DNA from: Chloroflexota bacterium
GTDB lineage: Bacteria > Chloroflexota > Limnocylindria > Limnocylindrales > CSP1-4
DNA: 64,000 nt
Assembly: GCA_027364875.1 (NCBI GenBank)
Contig: DAHXON010000004.1
Span: 15,089-79,088 of the forward strand
Direction of reading: 5' to 3'
How positions within the stretch are numbered: the first letter of the stretch is position 1; every line of letters starts with the position of its first letter. The notes beneath the pieces were generated by a model that was not told where the DNA came from, did not search any database, and saw only the letters and a list, made by a program, of their open reading frames with translations. The translations under genes and the position numbers were made by a program. Of this stretch, positions 29,567 to 38,198 are shown piece by piece.

Positions 29567-30919
29567 CTAACTAGCTTCGCACGAAACGGTGCGGATCGCT
29601 GCCGGCTTGGCTGCCGCATAGTACACCCGGGGTAGTCTCCCCGACATTGCGGACACCACCTCGTACGAAATGGTGTTGCACCATCGCCCCACCTCGTGCG
29701 CAGTGATCTCGTCGGAGCCCTGCCGGCCGATCAGCGTGAACTCGTCGTCGATCGTGACCGCCGGTCCCGGGACGTCGGTGACGTCGACCATCAAGGCGTC
29801 CATGGCCACTGTCCCCACCTGGGGAACCCGGCGGCCACGGACCAGAACCTGGGCCTTGTTGGAGAGCGAACGGGGCCAGCCGTCCGCGTAGCCGATGGGC
29901 AGCGTCGCGACGACGCTGGGCCGGGAGGTCGTGAACGTTGGGCCGTAGCTCACGCCCCAGCCCGCGGGCAGGCCGGCGACGCGGACCGGCCGGGCTCTCA
30001 GGGCCATCGCCGGGCGCAGACCCGCCGCCGCGTCGCGGTTCCGCTCGTCGACCGCCAATCCGTCGGGCACGAGGCCGTAGGCGGAGAGACCTATCCGAAC
30101 CGCGTCGAACGCGCCCGCGGTCGCGGCGAGGATCCCGCCACTCGCCGAAACGTGACGCGCTGGAAGTGCGACGCCGGCGGCCTCGAGCAGGCTCGCGCCG
30201 GCGCCGAAGCGATCCTGCTGGGTCCGGGTGATCGCCGGATTGCCGGCGGCCTGGAGGTGCGTCCAGAGACCGGCGAGGCGCGTCTGCGGGCAGGCTTCGA
30301 TGCGCTCGGCCAGGTCTCGGGCGGCGCTCACGTCCACGCCGCCGCGGCCCAGGCCGGTCTCGAGCTCCAGGTGAACGGCAAGTCGCTCGTCGGGCGGTAG
30401 ATCACCCAGGCCGGCCAGCGCGTCGAAGGTTCGTCGCGATAGCTCGTGGTCGCCCATCGTTATCGAGAGGCGGTGACGCAGCGCCGCCGGCGCGAGCTCC
30501 GCCGGTATCGGGAAGAGGACCACGATCGGGACGTCGATGCCCGCCCGGCGCAGCTCGAGGCCCTCGTCGAAGGTGGCCACGGCCAGACTCTCGACACCAG
30601 CGCCGACCAGGGCCCGGGATACGGCGACGGCACCATGGCCGTAGGCGTCGGCCTTCACCACGGGCTGGACCTTCGATTCCGGCGGGATGAGGCCGCCGAG
30701 CAGCCGCACGTTCGCGACGACCGCGTCGAGATCGATCTCGAGCCAGGCCGTCTTGGGCAGCAGCGGCGGCGCCGTCCCCTCGGCGATCTCGACGAGAGGA
30801 TGGCGTGTGGCCGTAACGGCTGGACCTGAGCCTGCAGGATCGGATGCCGCCGGACCGGATGTTGCAGGATCGGCCGCCGGACCGGAGCCCGCCGGATGAG
30901 GCGCTCGGGCGTCGATCAT
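29567..30919 (-). CDS. alr: Alanine racemase with a ~40-aa repetitive N-terminal extension
   Basis: PLP site VVKADAYGHG and C-terminal YEVVSAMSGRLPRVY. The ATG at 30919 overlaps the nnr stop (ATGA). The longer ORF reaching 31381 is an artefact. Confidence 0.85.
   Translation of the reverse strand: MIDARAPHPAGSGPAADPATSGPAASDPAGSGPAVTATRHPLVEIAEGTAPPLLPKTAWLEIDLDAVVANVRLLGGLIPPESKVQPVVKADAYGHGAVAVSRALVGAGVESLAVATFDEGLELRRAGIDVPIVVLFPIPAELAPAALRHRLSITMGDHELSRRTFDALAGLGDLPPDERLAVHLELETGLGRGGVDVSAARDLAERIEACPQTRLAGLWTHLQAAGNPAITRTQQDRFGAGASLLEAAGVALPARHVSASGGILAATAGAFDAVRIGLSAYGLVPDGLAVDERNRDAAAGLRPAMALRARPVRVAGLPAGWGVSYGPTFTTSRPSVVATLPIGYADGWPRSLSNKAQVLVRGRRVPQVGTVAMDALMVDVTDVPGPAVTIDDEFTLIGRQGSDEITAHEVGRWCNTISYEVVSAMSGRLPRVYYAAAKPAAIRTVSCEAS
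30833..30890. repeat. Direct repeat of ~30 bp (tgcaggatcgg.tgccgccggaccgga x2)
   Basis: Seen in the sequence. It encodes the PAGSGPAADPATSGPAASDPAGSGPA part of the Alr N-terminus. Confidence 0.7.
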
Positions 30920-31857
30920 CGGCCCAGCATGGCGAGCCGTTTGCGGGCGATCGGCAGCTCGACCGTCAGGTCGGAGGCCAGCAGGCCGGCGTCGCCGAGA
31001 CGCTCCCGGACCGCCTCGCCGGCCATCCCGTGAAGGTAGACGCCGAGCTGGGCGGCTTCGAACGGGCCGAGGCCCTGGGCCAGCAGCGCCCCGATGGTGC
31101 CCGACAGCACGTCCCCGGTCCCGCCGCTGGCGAGGGCCGGATTCTCGAACGGGGCCACGGCAGTCCGGCCGTCCGGCGCGGCGATGACGCTCCGCGCACC
31201 CTTCAGAACCACCACCTGGCCCCAGTCGCGAGCGGCGTCGCGGGCCGCGACGAGGCGCTTGGCGTCGTCGAAGACGAGGTCGCCGAGCTTCTCGCGGGAG
31301 TGGCCGTCGGCCGCGCGGAGCCGCAGGAACTCGCCGACGTGCGGTGTCAGCACGCAGCGGGCGGCCACGTCGTTGGCCCAACCGTCCACGGTGGCGAGCG
31401 ATCGGAGTGCTTCCGCATCGAGGACCGTTGGTGCGGGCTCGCCGTCGTCGTCGGGCGAGAGCAGGCCGCGGATCAGTTCTGTGATCGAGAGACTCGGCCG
31501 CAGACCCGGCCCAACCACCAGGGCGTCGTGGTCATGGTCGAGGATCCGGGCGATGGCATCCTCCGGGTCCACCTCTTCGACGTCGTCCTCGGGGAGCGGC
31601 AGCGTGGTCGCCTCCACCACCTTCGCCGCGAAGAGCGGCTGGAGGGACTCCGGAACGGCCAGGGTCACGAGTCCGGCGCCCGCCCGGCCGGCGGCCGTGC
31701 AGACCAGGAACGCCGCCCCGGCATAGTCGACGGAACCGGCGATGACCAGCAGCTTGCCGAACGAGCCTTTGTGGCTGCGGGCGGGTCGGGGCGGCAGGAG
31801 CCGGGCCGCGGCTCGATCGTCGAGCATGATCGGTTCAGCGACGACCTTGCTGGGCAT
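30916..31857 (-). CDS. nnr: ADP-dependent NAD(P)H-hydrate dehydratase (YjeF C-terminal domain family)
   Basis: HKGSFGKLLVIAGSVDYAGAAFL and GGTGDVLSGTIGALLAQG motifs. Confidence 0.8.
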   Translation of the reverse strand: MPSKVVAEPIMLDDRAAARLLPPRPARSHKGSFGKLLVIAGSVDYAGAAFLVCTAAGRAGAGLVTLAVPESLQPLFAAKVVEATTLPLPEDDVEEVDPEDAIARILDHDHDALVVGPGLRPSLSITELIRGLLSPDDDGEPAPTVLDAEALRSLATVDGWANDVAARCVLTPHVGEFLRLRAADGHSREKLGDLVFDDAKRLVAARDAARDWGQVVVLKGARSVIAAPDGRTAVAPFENPALASGGTGDVLSGTIGALLAQGLGPFEAAQLGVYLHGMAGEAVRERLGDAGLLASDLTVELPIARKRLAMLGR

Positions 31858-32482
31858 TGCCCGCCTCCTTTCCCGGGACTCGATGCACGTGCTCAGTTTC
31901 CGGCATTCCGGCGGAGCGTGCCGTGGATTCTGGAGCCGGATCCGCTTGGGCCGGCAGGCCCGACTCGATCGCCCCGGTCTCCCGCGCCAGGCTCCTGAGC
32001 CGCTCGAGCCGCCTCAGCATCGCCGCTTCGCGCTCGTCGAGGCGCTGCTCGATGTCCGGCGGAAACAGGAAGCGGCCGCCCTCGGTTCGCACGCCGTAGG
32101 CGATGGCCACGGCGAACTCGGACTCGTGGCTGATCGAGAGCGCGATCCGGCCCATCCCGAGCTGCTCTGCCCGCCTCGCCGCCCGTCCATGGAGAATCAC
32201 CGCCGGTTGACCCGTTGGCAGCCGCTCGATCTCGATGTCGCGCCAGCCGATGCCGCGCACCCCCAGCCCCAGCACCTTGGACACGGCCTCCTTGGCGGCC
32301 CACCGGCCGGCCATCGTTTCGGAGCGGCCGCGAACGTAGGCTGCTTCCCGGGGAGTCAGGACGCGGCTCACGAACCGATCGCCGAAGCGAGCCAGCGAAT
32401 CGGCGATCCGAGAGACGCGGATGATGTCTATCCCGAGCTCCGTCGTGCCCGGCGGCGGGGTGAGAGACGGCGCCGGGGTCAC
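31835..32482 (-). CDS. acpS: Holo-ACP synthase (4'-phosphopantetheinyl transferase) with an ~85-aa C-terminal extension
   Basis: GIDIIRVSRI...GRWAAKEAVSKVLG...ISHESEFAVAIA. GTG start at 32482. The same frame continues as an artefactual ORF to 34342, antisense to glmS. Confidence 0.7.
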   Translation of the reverse strand: MTPAPSLTPPPGTTELGIDIIRVSRIADSLARFGDRFVSRVLTPREAAYVRGRSETMAGRWAAKEAVSKVLGLGVRGIGWRDIEIERLPTGQPAVILHGRAARRAEQLGMGRIALSISHESEFAVAIAYGVRTEGGRFLFPPDIEQRLDEREAAMLRRLERLRSLARETGAIESGLPAQADPAPESTARSAGMPETEHVHRVPGKEAGNAQQGRR

Positions 32483-32505
32483 GTCGCGGCCTGCCACTGC
32501 CCGGC

Positions 32506-34332
32506 CTACTCCACCGTGACTGACTTGGCCAGGTTGCGCGGCTGGTCGACGTCGCGTCCCCGCGCGACGGCCACGTGATAGGCGAAGAGCTGGAGCGGGA
32601 TGACCGCGAGGATCGTGGCCAGCGCCTCCGGCGCGTCCGGGACCCACAGGACGTCGGTGGCGAGGCGCTCGATCTGCGTGTCTCCCTCGGTGGCGATGGC
32701 GAGGACGCGGGCATCCCGGGCCTTGCCCTCCATGAGGTTGCTGATCAGCTTCTCGTAGACCGAGGACCGGGTCGCGACGGCGACGAGCGGGCAGCTCGGC
32801 TCCAGGAGCGAGATCGGGCCATGCTTGAGCTCGCCCGCGGCGTAGCCCTCGGCGTGGAGATAGCTGATCTCCTTGATCTTGAGCGCACCTTCGAGAGCGG
32901 CGGGATATCCGAAGGCCCGGCCTATGTACATGAAGCCGGCCGCGTCGGCATAGCGAGCGGCGACGTCCGGGGTCGACTCGGCAAGCTCGATCGCGCGCTC
33001 GGCCTGCTTCGGCAGTCTCCGGAGCGCATCCACGAGCACCGCTTCCTCCTGGAGCGTCCGCTTGCCGAGCTCCCGGGAGACGTCGGCGGCCAGCATGATG
33101 AGCGTGGCCACCTGGGTGACGAAGGTCTTGGTGGCGGCGACCGCGACCTCCGGGCCCGCCTGCAGGAAGACCGAGGCATGCGACTCGCGCGTGATCGCCG
33201 ACCCGACCGTGTTGGTCACCGCGATCACCAGGCCGCCGCGCTCTCCGGCCAGCCGGGCGGCGGCGATCGTATCGGCCGTCTCGCCGGACTGGGTGACCGC
33301 GACGACGAGGGTTCGAGCGTCGACGGGCGGCGGGCTGTACCGGAACTCGGAGGCGACGGTGGCGCGGGCGGGCACGCCCAACCAGTCTTCGAAGAGCGCG
33401 GCGCCGACCAGCGACGCGTAGTAGGCCGTGCCGCAGGCGATCAGCTCCACGCGTTCGATGGCGTGGAGGCGCGCCCGGATCGGGTCCAGCTCCTCGAGGC
33501 AGACCGACTCGCCGCGCAGGCGCCCGGTCATGCACGCCGTCAGCGCCTCGGGCTGCTCGTGGATCTCCTTGAGCATGAAATGCGGGTAGCCGCCCTTCTC
33601 GGCCGCCTCGGCGGACCAGGGAATGATGTCGACCGGCCGGTCCAGAACCGTTCCGTTGCGATCCGTGACGATCGCGGTTCCCGGCCGCAGGTCCGCGACG
33701 TCGCCGTCGGCAAGAAAGATGACCCGCTTGGTGTAGGCGACGATCGCCGCCGGATCCGAGGCGAGGAGGCTTTCGCCGTCGCCGATTCCGACGATCAGCG
33801 GGGCGTTGAGCCGCGCGCCCACCAGACGGTCGGGCTCGTCTCGATGGAGAACCACGAGGGCGTAGGCGCCTTCGAGACGCCGCAGGGCGGCCCGGACCGC
33901 GTCCGCCAGATCGCCTTCGTAGGCATCCTCGACGAGATGGGCGACGACCTCGGTGTCGGTCTCGGAGGTCAGCTTGTGACCTCGCTCCACGAGCTCGTCG
34001 CGAAGCTCCCGGAAGTTCTCCACGATGCCGTTGTGAACGACCGTGATCCGTCCGGTGCAGTCGCTGTGTGGATGAGCGTTGAGATCGCTCGGGCGCCCGT
34101 GAGTGGCCCAGCGAGTGTGGCCCAGGCCGATTCCTGCCCGGGGCGGATCGCCGCCGAGCGCCTCCTGGAGGACCGCCACCTTGCCGGCGCGCTTCTCGAC
34201 GAAGAGATCGCCGCTCTCGGTCACGAGGGCAATGCCCGCGGAGTCGTAGCCGCGGTACTCCAGCCGCCGCAGCCCGTCTAGCAGGACAGGTCCGGCGTCT
34301 CTGGGTCCCGTATATCCGACGATTCCGCACAT
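32506..34332 (-). CDS. glmS: Glutamine--fructose-6-phosphate aminotransferase
   Basis: MCGIVGY Ntn-amidotransferase start, two SIS domains, and a C-terminal ...VTVE. Confidence 0.9.
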   Translation of the reverse strand: MCGIVGYTGPRDAGPVLLDGLRRLEYRGYDSAGIALVTESGDLFVEKRAGKVAVLQEALGGDPPRAGIGLGHTRWATHGRPSDLNAHPHSDCTGRITVVHNGIVENFRELRDELVERGHKLTSETDTEVVAHLVEDAYEGDLADAVRAALRRLEGAYALVVLHRDEPDRLVGARLNAPLIVGIGDGESLLASDPAAIVAYTKRVIFLADGDVADLRPGTAIVTDRNGTVLDRPVDIIPWSAEAAEKGGYPHFMLKEIHEQPEALTACMTGRLRGESVCLEELDPIRARLHAIERVELIACGTAYYASLVGAALFEDWLGVPARATVASEFRYSPPPVDARTLVVAVTQSGETADTIAAARLAGERGGLVIAVTNTVGSAITRESHASVFLQAGPEVAVAATKTFVTQVATLIMLAADVSRELGKRTLQEEAVLVDALRRLPKQAERAIELAESTPDVAARYADAAGFMYIGRAFGYPAALEGALKIKEISYLHAEGYAAGELKHGPISLLEPSCPLVAVATRSSVYEKLISNLMEGKARDARVLAIATEGDTQIERLATDVLWVPDAPEALATILAVIPLQLFAYHVAVARGRDVDQPRNLAKSVTVE

Positions 34333-34580
34333 GTCGCTTCACTCCCGGCTGCGCGAGCGCTGGCTGGCCGCGGGCACGAGTGCCCGGGACTTCTCCTGCT
34401 CGTTGTCACCGGAGGAATCGCCCCGGCCGCCGAAGTATCCTCCGGCGTCGAGGTCCGCTCCGGCGGCCGAAGTCGCCTTCGGCAACCCCCGATCGGCTCT
34501 CATAGGCCGTGGCGCCAACGCGGCCACGGTTGCGGCGAAGCCCGCGCCTCCAGGCTCGGCCTCGCCTGCTTGCGAGGCCG
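34333..34580 (-). ncRNA. Structured 248-nt glmS 5' leader; candidate glmS ribozyme-like element (unverified)
   Basis: On the sense strand the segments GGCGCCA ... GACGCCGGAGG AUAC UUCGGCGG ... CCUCC GGUGA occur in the order of glmS-ribozyme conserved segments (GCGCCA, GACGAGG, GGAGG, UUCGGCGG, CCUCC, GGCUGA). Several GC-rich hairpins. The spacing differs from Bacillus. Confidence 0.35.
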
Positions 34581-35912
34581 CTAGTTTAGCCGCTCCCCGG
34601 CCAGGGCAGCCAAAGTGTCGGCCAGCTCGCCCACCAGCGCGGCCTCCGGGCCCTCGACCATAACCCTGATCGCCGGCTCCGTTCCGGACGGGCGGACGAG
34701 CACGCGGCCCGACGAACCCAGCCGTGCCTCAGCGGACGCGATGGCTCGCCGGATGGCCGGGTCGCCTTCCCACTGGTCCTTGTGGCGGGCCGGGATGGTG
34801 CGCGGCTGCTGGGGCAGCATCGGGACGGTGGCGGCCAGGTCCGCGAGCGTCTTACCGCTCCGGCCGATCACGCTCATGATCTCGAGCGCCGTGACGATGC
34901 CGTCGCCGCTGGTCGTGTGCTCCCGGACGATCACGTGGCCGCTCTTTTCGCCGCCCAGGCCGGCGCCGCTGACCAGCATCCCCTCGAGGATGTACTTGTC
35001 GCCGACGGGCGTCCGAATGACCTGGCCGCCGGCGTCTTCGAGGGTCTTCTGCAACCCGCCGTTGGACAGCACCGAAACCACGAGGGCGCCGTTGGGCAGG
35101 CGGCCGCGGGCAAGGCGATCGAGCGCGAGCACGCCCAGGACCGCGTCGCCGTCCACCACGCAGCCGCTGGCGTCGACGGCGATGAGGCGGTCCGCATCCC
35201 CGTCGAGGGCGAAGCCGACGTCCGCGCCGCGTTCCACCACACCCCGCGCCAGGGCACCGGGCGAGGTCGCGCCGCAGTCGGCGTTGATGTTGATCCCGTC
35301 CGGGTCGTTGAACAGGACCTGGACCTCCGCTCCAGTCGCCTCGAGGATTCGTGCCGCTGCGATGCCCCCGGAACCGTTCGCGCAGTCCACCACAACCCTC
35401 AGGCTCGACGGCGTCGCCTTCGCGAGGTCGAGGCGGTGGCTCATGTAGAGCTCCAGCAGCTTCGGATCCTGGATCGCCAGCCCGAGCTTCTCGGCGGGCG
35501 CGGAGGGCAGCTCCTCGGAAGTCCAGATGAGCTGCTCGAGCTCGTCCTCGACCGCCTCGTCGAGCTTGAGGCCCCTCTCGTCGAGGACCTTGAGGCCGTT
35601 GTCGCGGGCCGGATTGTGAGATGCCGAGACCATTATCCCGGCGGCAAAGTGGCCGGCGGCGGTGATGTGGGCGAGGGCCGGCGTCGGGACCACCCCGACG
35701 AGGTGGACGTCCACGCCCATGCTCGTCGCACCCGCGACGATGGCGGCGGCGAACATGTCGCCGGAGCGGCGGGTGTCCTGGCCTATGACGATGGGCCGGC
35801 CGGGGCCGGCGAGTCGATGGGCCGTCGCCCGGCCGAGAGCGTAGGCGAGGGTGGGTTTGAGGTCGACGTTAGCTACGCCGCGGATTCCATCCGTGCCGAA
35901 CAGACGAGGCAA
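34581..35912 (-). CDS. glmM: Phosphoglucosamine mutase
   Basis: LFGTDGIRGVAN start (TTG start) and active-site SASHNPARDNG. Confidence 0.9.
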   Translation of the reverse strand: MPRLFGTDGIRGVANVDLKPTLAYALGRATAHRLAGPGRPIVIGQDTRRSGDMFAAAIVAGATSMGVDVHLVGVVPTPALAHITAAGHFAAGIMVSASHNPARDNGLKVLDERGLKLDEAVEDELEQLIWTSEELPSAPAEKLGLAIQDPKLLELYMSHRLDLAKATPSSLRVVVDCANGSGGIAAARILEATGAEVQVLFNDPDGININADCGATSPGALARGVVERGADVGFALDGDADRLIAVDASGCVVDGDAVLGVLALDRLARGRLPNGALVVSVLSNGGLQKTLEDAGGQVIRTPVGDKYILEGMLVSGAGLGGEKSGHVIVREHTTSGDGIVTALEIMSVIGRSGKTLADLAATVPMLPQQPRTIPARHKDQWEGDPAIRRAIASAEARLGSSGRVLVRPSGTEPAIRVMVEGPEAALVGELADTLAALAGERLN

Positions 35913-35921
35913 GTACTGCTC

Positions 35922-37172
35922 CTACGTGGGTCTTGGTGCCGCCGAGCCGGACGGGACCGGCGAAGCGGGGCTCGTGACCGTGACGGTTATCTGAGACGGG
36001 TTGATCCCTCCGGGAACGATCTTGATGCCGGCCGGCAAGGTGACGTTCACAGTCACCGTGTACGTGCCCGGCCCAAGCTCGCCCACCGACACGCTGCCGA
36101 CGAGTGTGGAGGTATCGAAGGCGTTGAGCGCGGCGGTGGCACCGCCCATCGTGACGATCACGTTGGGCGTCGAGAGCGAGTAGATGAGGTCGGAACGGAC
36201 GCCGGTCGGAACGATACCGATGGTGACGGTCCGTGTCGTGTCGGGCGACTTCAGATGGATTATTACCTGTATCTGCGGGTTGGCGGGCGCCGTGACCCCG
36301 GCCGGCAGGTCGAGACTCACGATCACGGTTTTGTCGCCCGTGGCTCCGGCGAGGGAGATGGGCTTCGTGTTGGCGGATCCGTTGAGCTTGGCCAGGGCAT
36401 CGGCCTGGCCCTGGACCTCCACGATGGGCGGCGTGATGTCGATGCCGGTGATGTAGTAGCCCGAGGCCGGCGCGTTCTGTATGACCGGGTTCACCGGCAC
36501 GCTCTGCGTCCGGAGCTGGCTGCCCACCTGGATCGAGACGTGGACGCTCGCCGGCTCGATCGTGACGTTGTTCACGACCTTCCCGGCGGCGTTGAATGCG
36601 ACCAGGCTCACGTCCTGATTGACGTCGAGTCCCGACGAGTCGATCCGCACCTGGGCCCGCGCATAGGCAACGTCACGGACGTACGAGGCGGCGCCCCGGA
36701 CGCTGACTGTCTGCGGGGTGACAGTGGGGGTGCCGGGCGAGACTCCGGAGGGAACCACGCCGGTGTCCACGACGACGGGGACGGTGAAGGTCTGGATCGG
36801 CTCCAGGGTCACCTGGATCTGCTTTGGCTGGTAGTCGATGATCTGGATGCGCGGATCCGTAGCCGCCAGGGAGACGCTCACCAGCGACCCGGTCTCGCTA
36901 GGCTGGATGCCGGCCAGGTCGATCGTGGCACGGAAGCTGTCGACGGAGATCGCGATGTCGGCCGGAGCGACGTAGCGGATATTGCCGACGGACGGAAGCG
37001 TGCCGATGAGGGTGGACCCCGACGGCTGGTTGACGGGCACGATGGCGACGGTCCCCGGCCACGCCGTCGTGCTCTGGAGTATCACCATCCCGCCGTACAG
37101 GATCACGGCGAGGCCGATGGCCCCCAACTTGAGAGGCCAGTTACGAACGATGAAGTTGACCAGCCGCCTCAC
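35922..37172 (-). CDS. cdaR: YbbR-domain protein, CdaA regulator
   Basis: N-terminal TM helix, then repeated YbbR-like beta modules. It sits between cdaA and glmM and overlaps the cdaA stop by 4 bp. Confidence 0.7.
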   Translation of the reverse strand: MRRLVNFIVRNWPLKLGAIGLAVILYGGMVILQSTTAWPGTVAIVPVNQPSGSTLIGTLPSVGNIRYVAPADIAISVDSFRATIDLAGIQPSETGSLVSVSLAATDPRIQIIDYQPKQIQVTLEPIQTFTVPVVVDTGVVPSGVSPGTPTVTPQTVSVRGAASYVRDVAYARAQVRIDSSGLDVNQDVSLVAFNAAGKVVNNVTIEPASVHVSIQVGSQLRTQSVPVNPVIQNAPASGYYITGIDITPPIVEVQGQADALAKLNGSANTKPISLAGATGDKTVIVSLDLPAGVTAPANPQIQVIIHLKSPDTTRTVTIGIVPTGVRSDLIYSLSTPNVIVTMGGATAALNAFDTSTLVGSVSVGELGPGTYTVTVNVTLPAGIKIVPGGINPSQITVTVTSPASPVPSGSAAPRPT

Positions 37173-38125
37173 GACGCCTTCTCCCGGGTGGCTTCGTCGT
37201 CCTCCGGGGCCGGCGTCGCGTCGCCGGTTCCATCGGCGGGGGCTTTGGCCTGCCCGCCCAGCCTGGCTCGCCTGGCCAGCTGCCGGACGCCGGGACCGAC
37301 CCTCCGCGGGACCCGCCTCTCCTGACGCAGCAGCTCACCGGCAGTCTGCGGGTGGATCAACGCCGTCAACGCCAGGGCCAGCTTGGCCTCGTCCACGTTT
37401 CGCTGGATGCGGGCCCGCTCCACGAGGCTGACCTGGCCGGTTTCCTCCGAGACGACGACCACGATCGCGTCGGTCTGCTCGGTCATGCCCAGCGCGGCCT
37501 TGTGCCTCGTCCCGAACCGCTCCAGCGGGATTGTCGTCTCCGCCGAGGGTAGCAGCGCGCCGGCGGCGAGTACCTGATCGCCGCGGATGATCACGGCGCC
37601 GTCATGGAGTGGCGTCTTGGGTGAGAAGACCGTGACCAGCAGATCGGCGGAGACATCGGCATGGAGCATCACTCCCGTCTCGGCGATCTCCTGGAGGCCG
37701 GTCTCGCGTTCGATCACTATCAGGGCGCCGTGGCCCTCGTGCGAGAGACGCTCGGCGGCGCTCGCGACCTGCGCGGCCACGTGGATCGCCTGGGACTGCT
37801 CCGCCGGGGTCAGCAGCCAGCCGAGCGAGCCGAGCCGGCCGATACGGTCGAGCGCCCGGCGCAGCTCGGGCTGGAAGATCACGACCAGGGCGAACAGCCC
37901 GACGTATGCGCCGGTCTGGAGGATGACGGTCAGCAGCTTTAGGTCGAAGGTCAGCGCGGCGCCGTACACGAGGAAGAGAAGGCACACCCCGACGACGAGC
38001 CGGACGGCGCGTGTCCCTCTGATCAGGCTGAACAGCCAGTAGATCAGCAGGGCCGTGATCGCGATGTCGGCTACGTTGTTTGGACTGATCTTCAGGTCTT
38101 GGAGCACAGACTGAATCAGCGCCAT
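37169..38125 (-). CDS. cdaA: Diadenylate cyclase (membrane-anchored CdaA/DacA)
   Basis: Three N-terminal TM helices and a DAC domain with HDGAVIIRGD and GTRHKAALGMTEQTDAIVVVVSEETG. Confidence 0.85.
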   Translation of the reverse strand: MALIQSVLQDLKISPNNVADIAITALLIYWLFSLIRGTRAVRLVVGVCLLFLVYGAALTFDLKLLTVILQTGAYVGLFALVVIFQPELRRALDRIGRLGSLGWLLTPAEQSQAIHVAAQVASAAERLSHEGHGALIVIERETGLQEIAETGVMLHADVSADLLVTVFSPKTPLHDGAVIIRGDQVLAAGALLPSAETTIPLERFGTRHKAALGMTEQTDAIVVVVSEETGQVSLVERARIQRNVDEAKLALALTALIHPQTAGELLRQERRVPRRVGPGVRQLARRARLGGQAKAPADGTGDATPAPEDDEATREKAS

Positions 38126-38198
38126 CGGATCAAGTGTATACCGGCACCGCCGCCCACTTGGCCGGCGAAGATGCTCGTTGCCCTCTTACGGCGGGCCG

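Noticed and set aside
29434-29619. Longer 158-aa form of the small acidic ORF (start 29619)
   Set aside because: The N-terminal 62 codons are Arg/Ala-rich and lack an RBS. The internal ATG at 29433 has a GGAGAG RBS, so I prefer the shorter form, but this is not certain.
31835-34342. 835-aa ORF read through from acpS across glmS
   Set aside because: Only the last 215 codons (from GTG 32482) encode AcpS. The remainder is antisense to glmS.
34782-37325. 847-aa plus-strand ORF antisense to glmM/cdaR
   Set aside because: Antisense to two conserved genes. Asp/Arg/Gly-rich nonsense translation.
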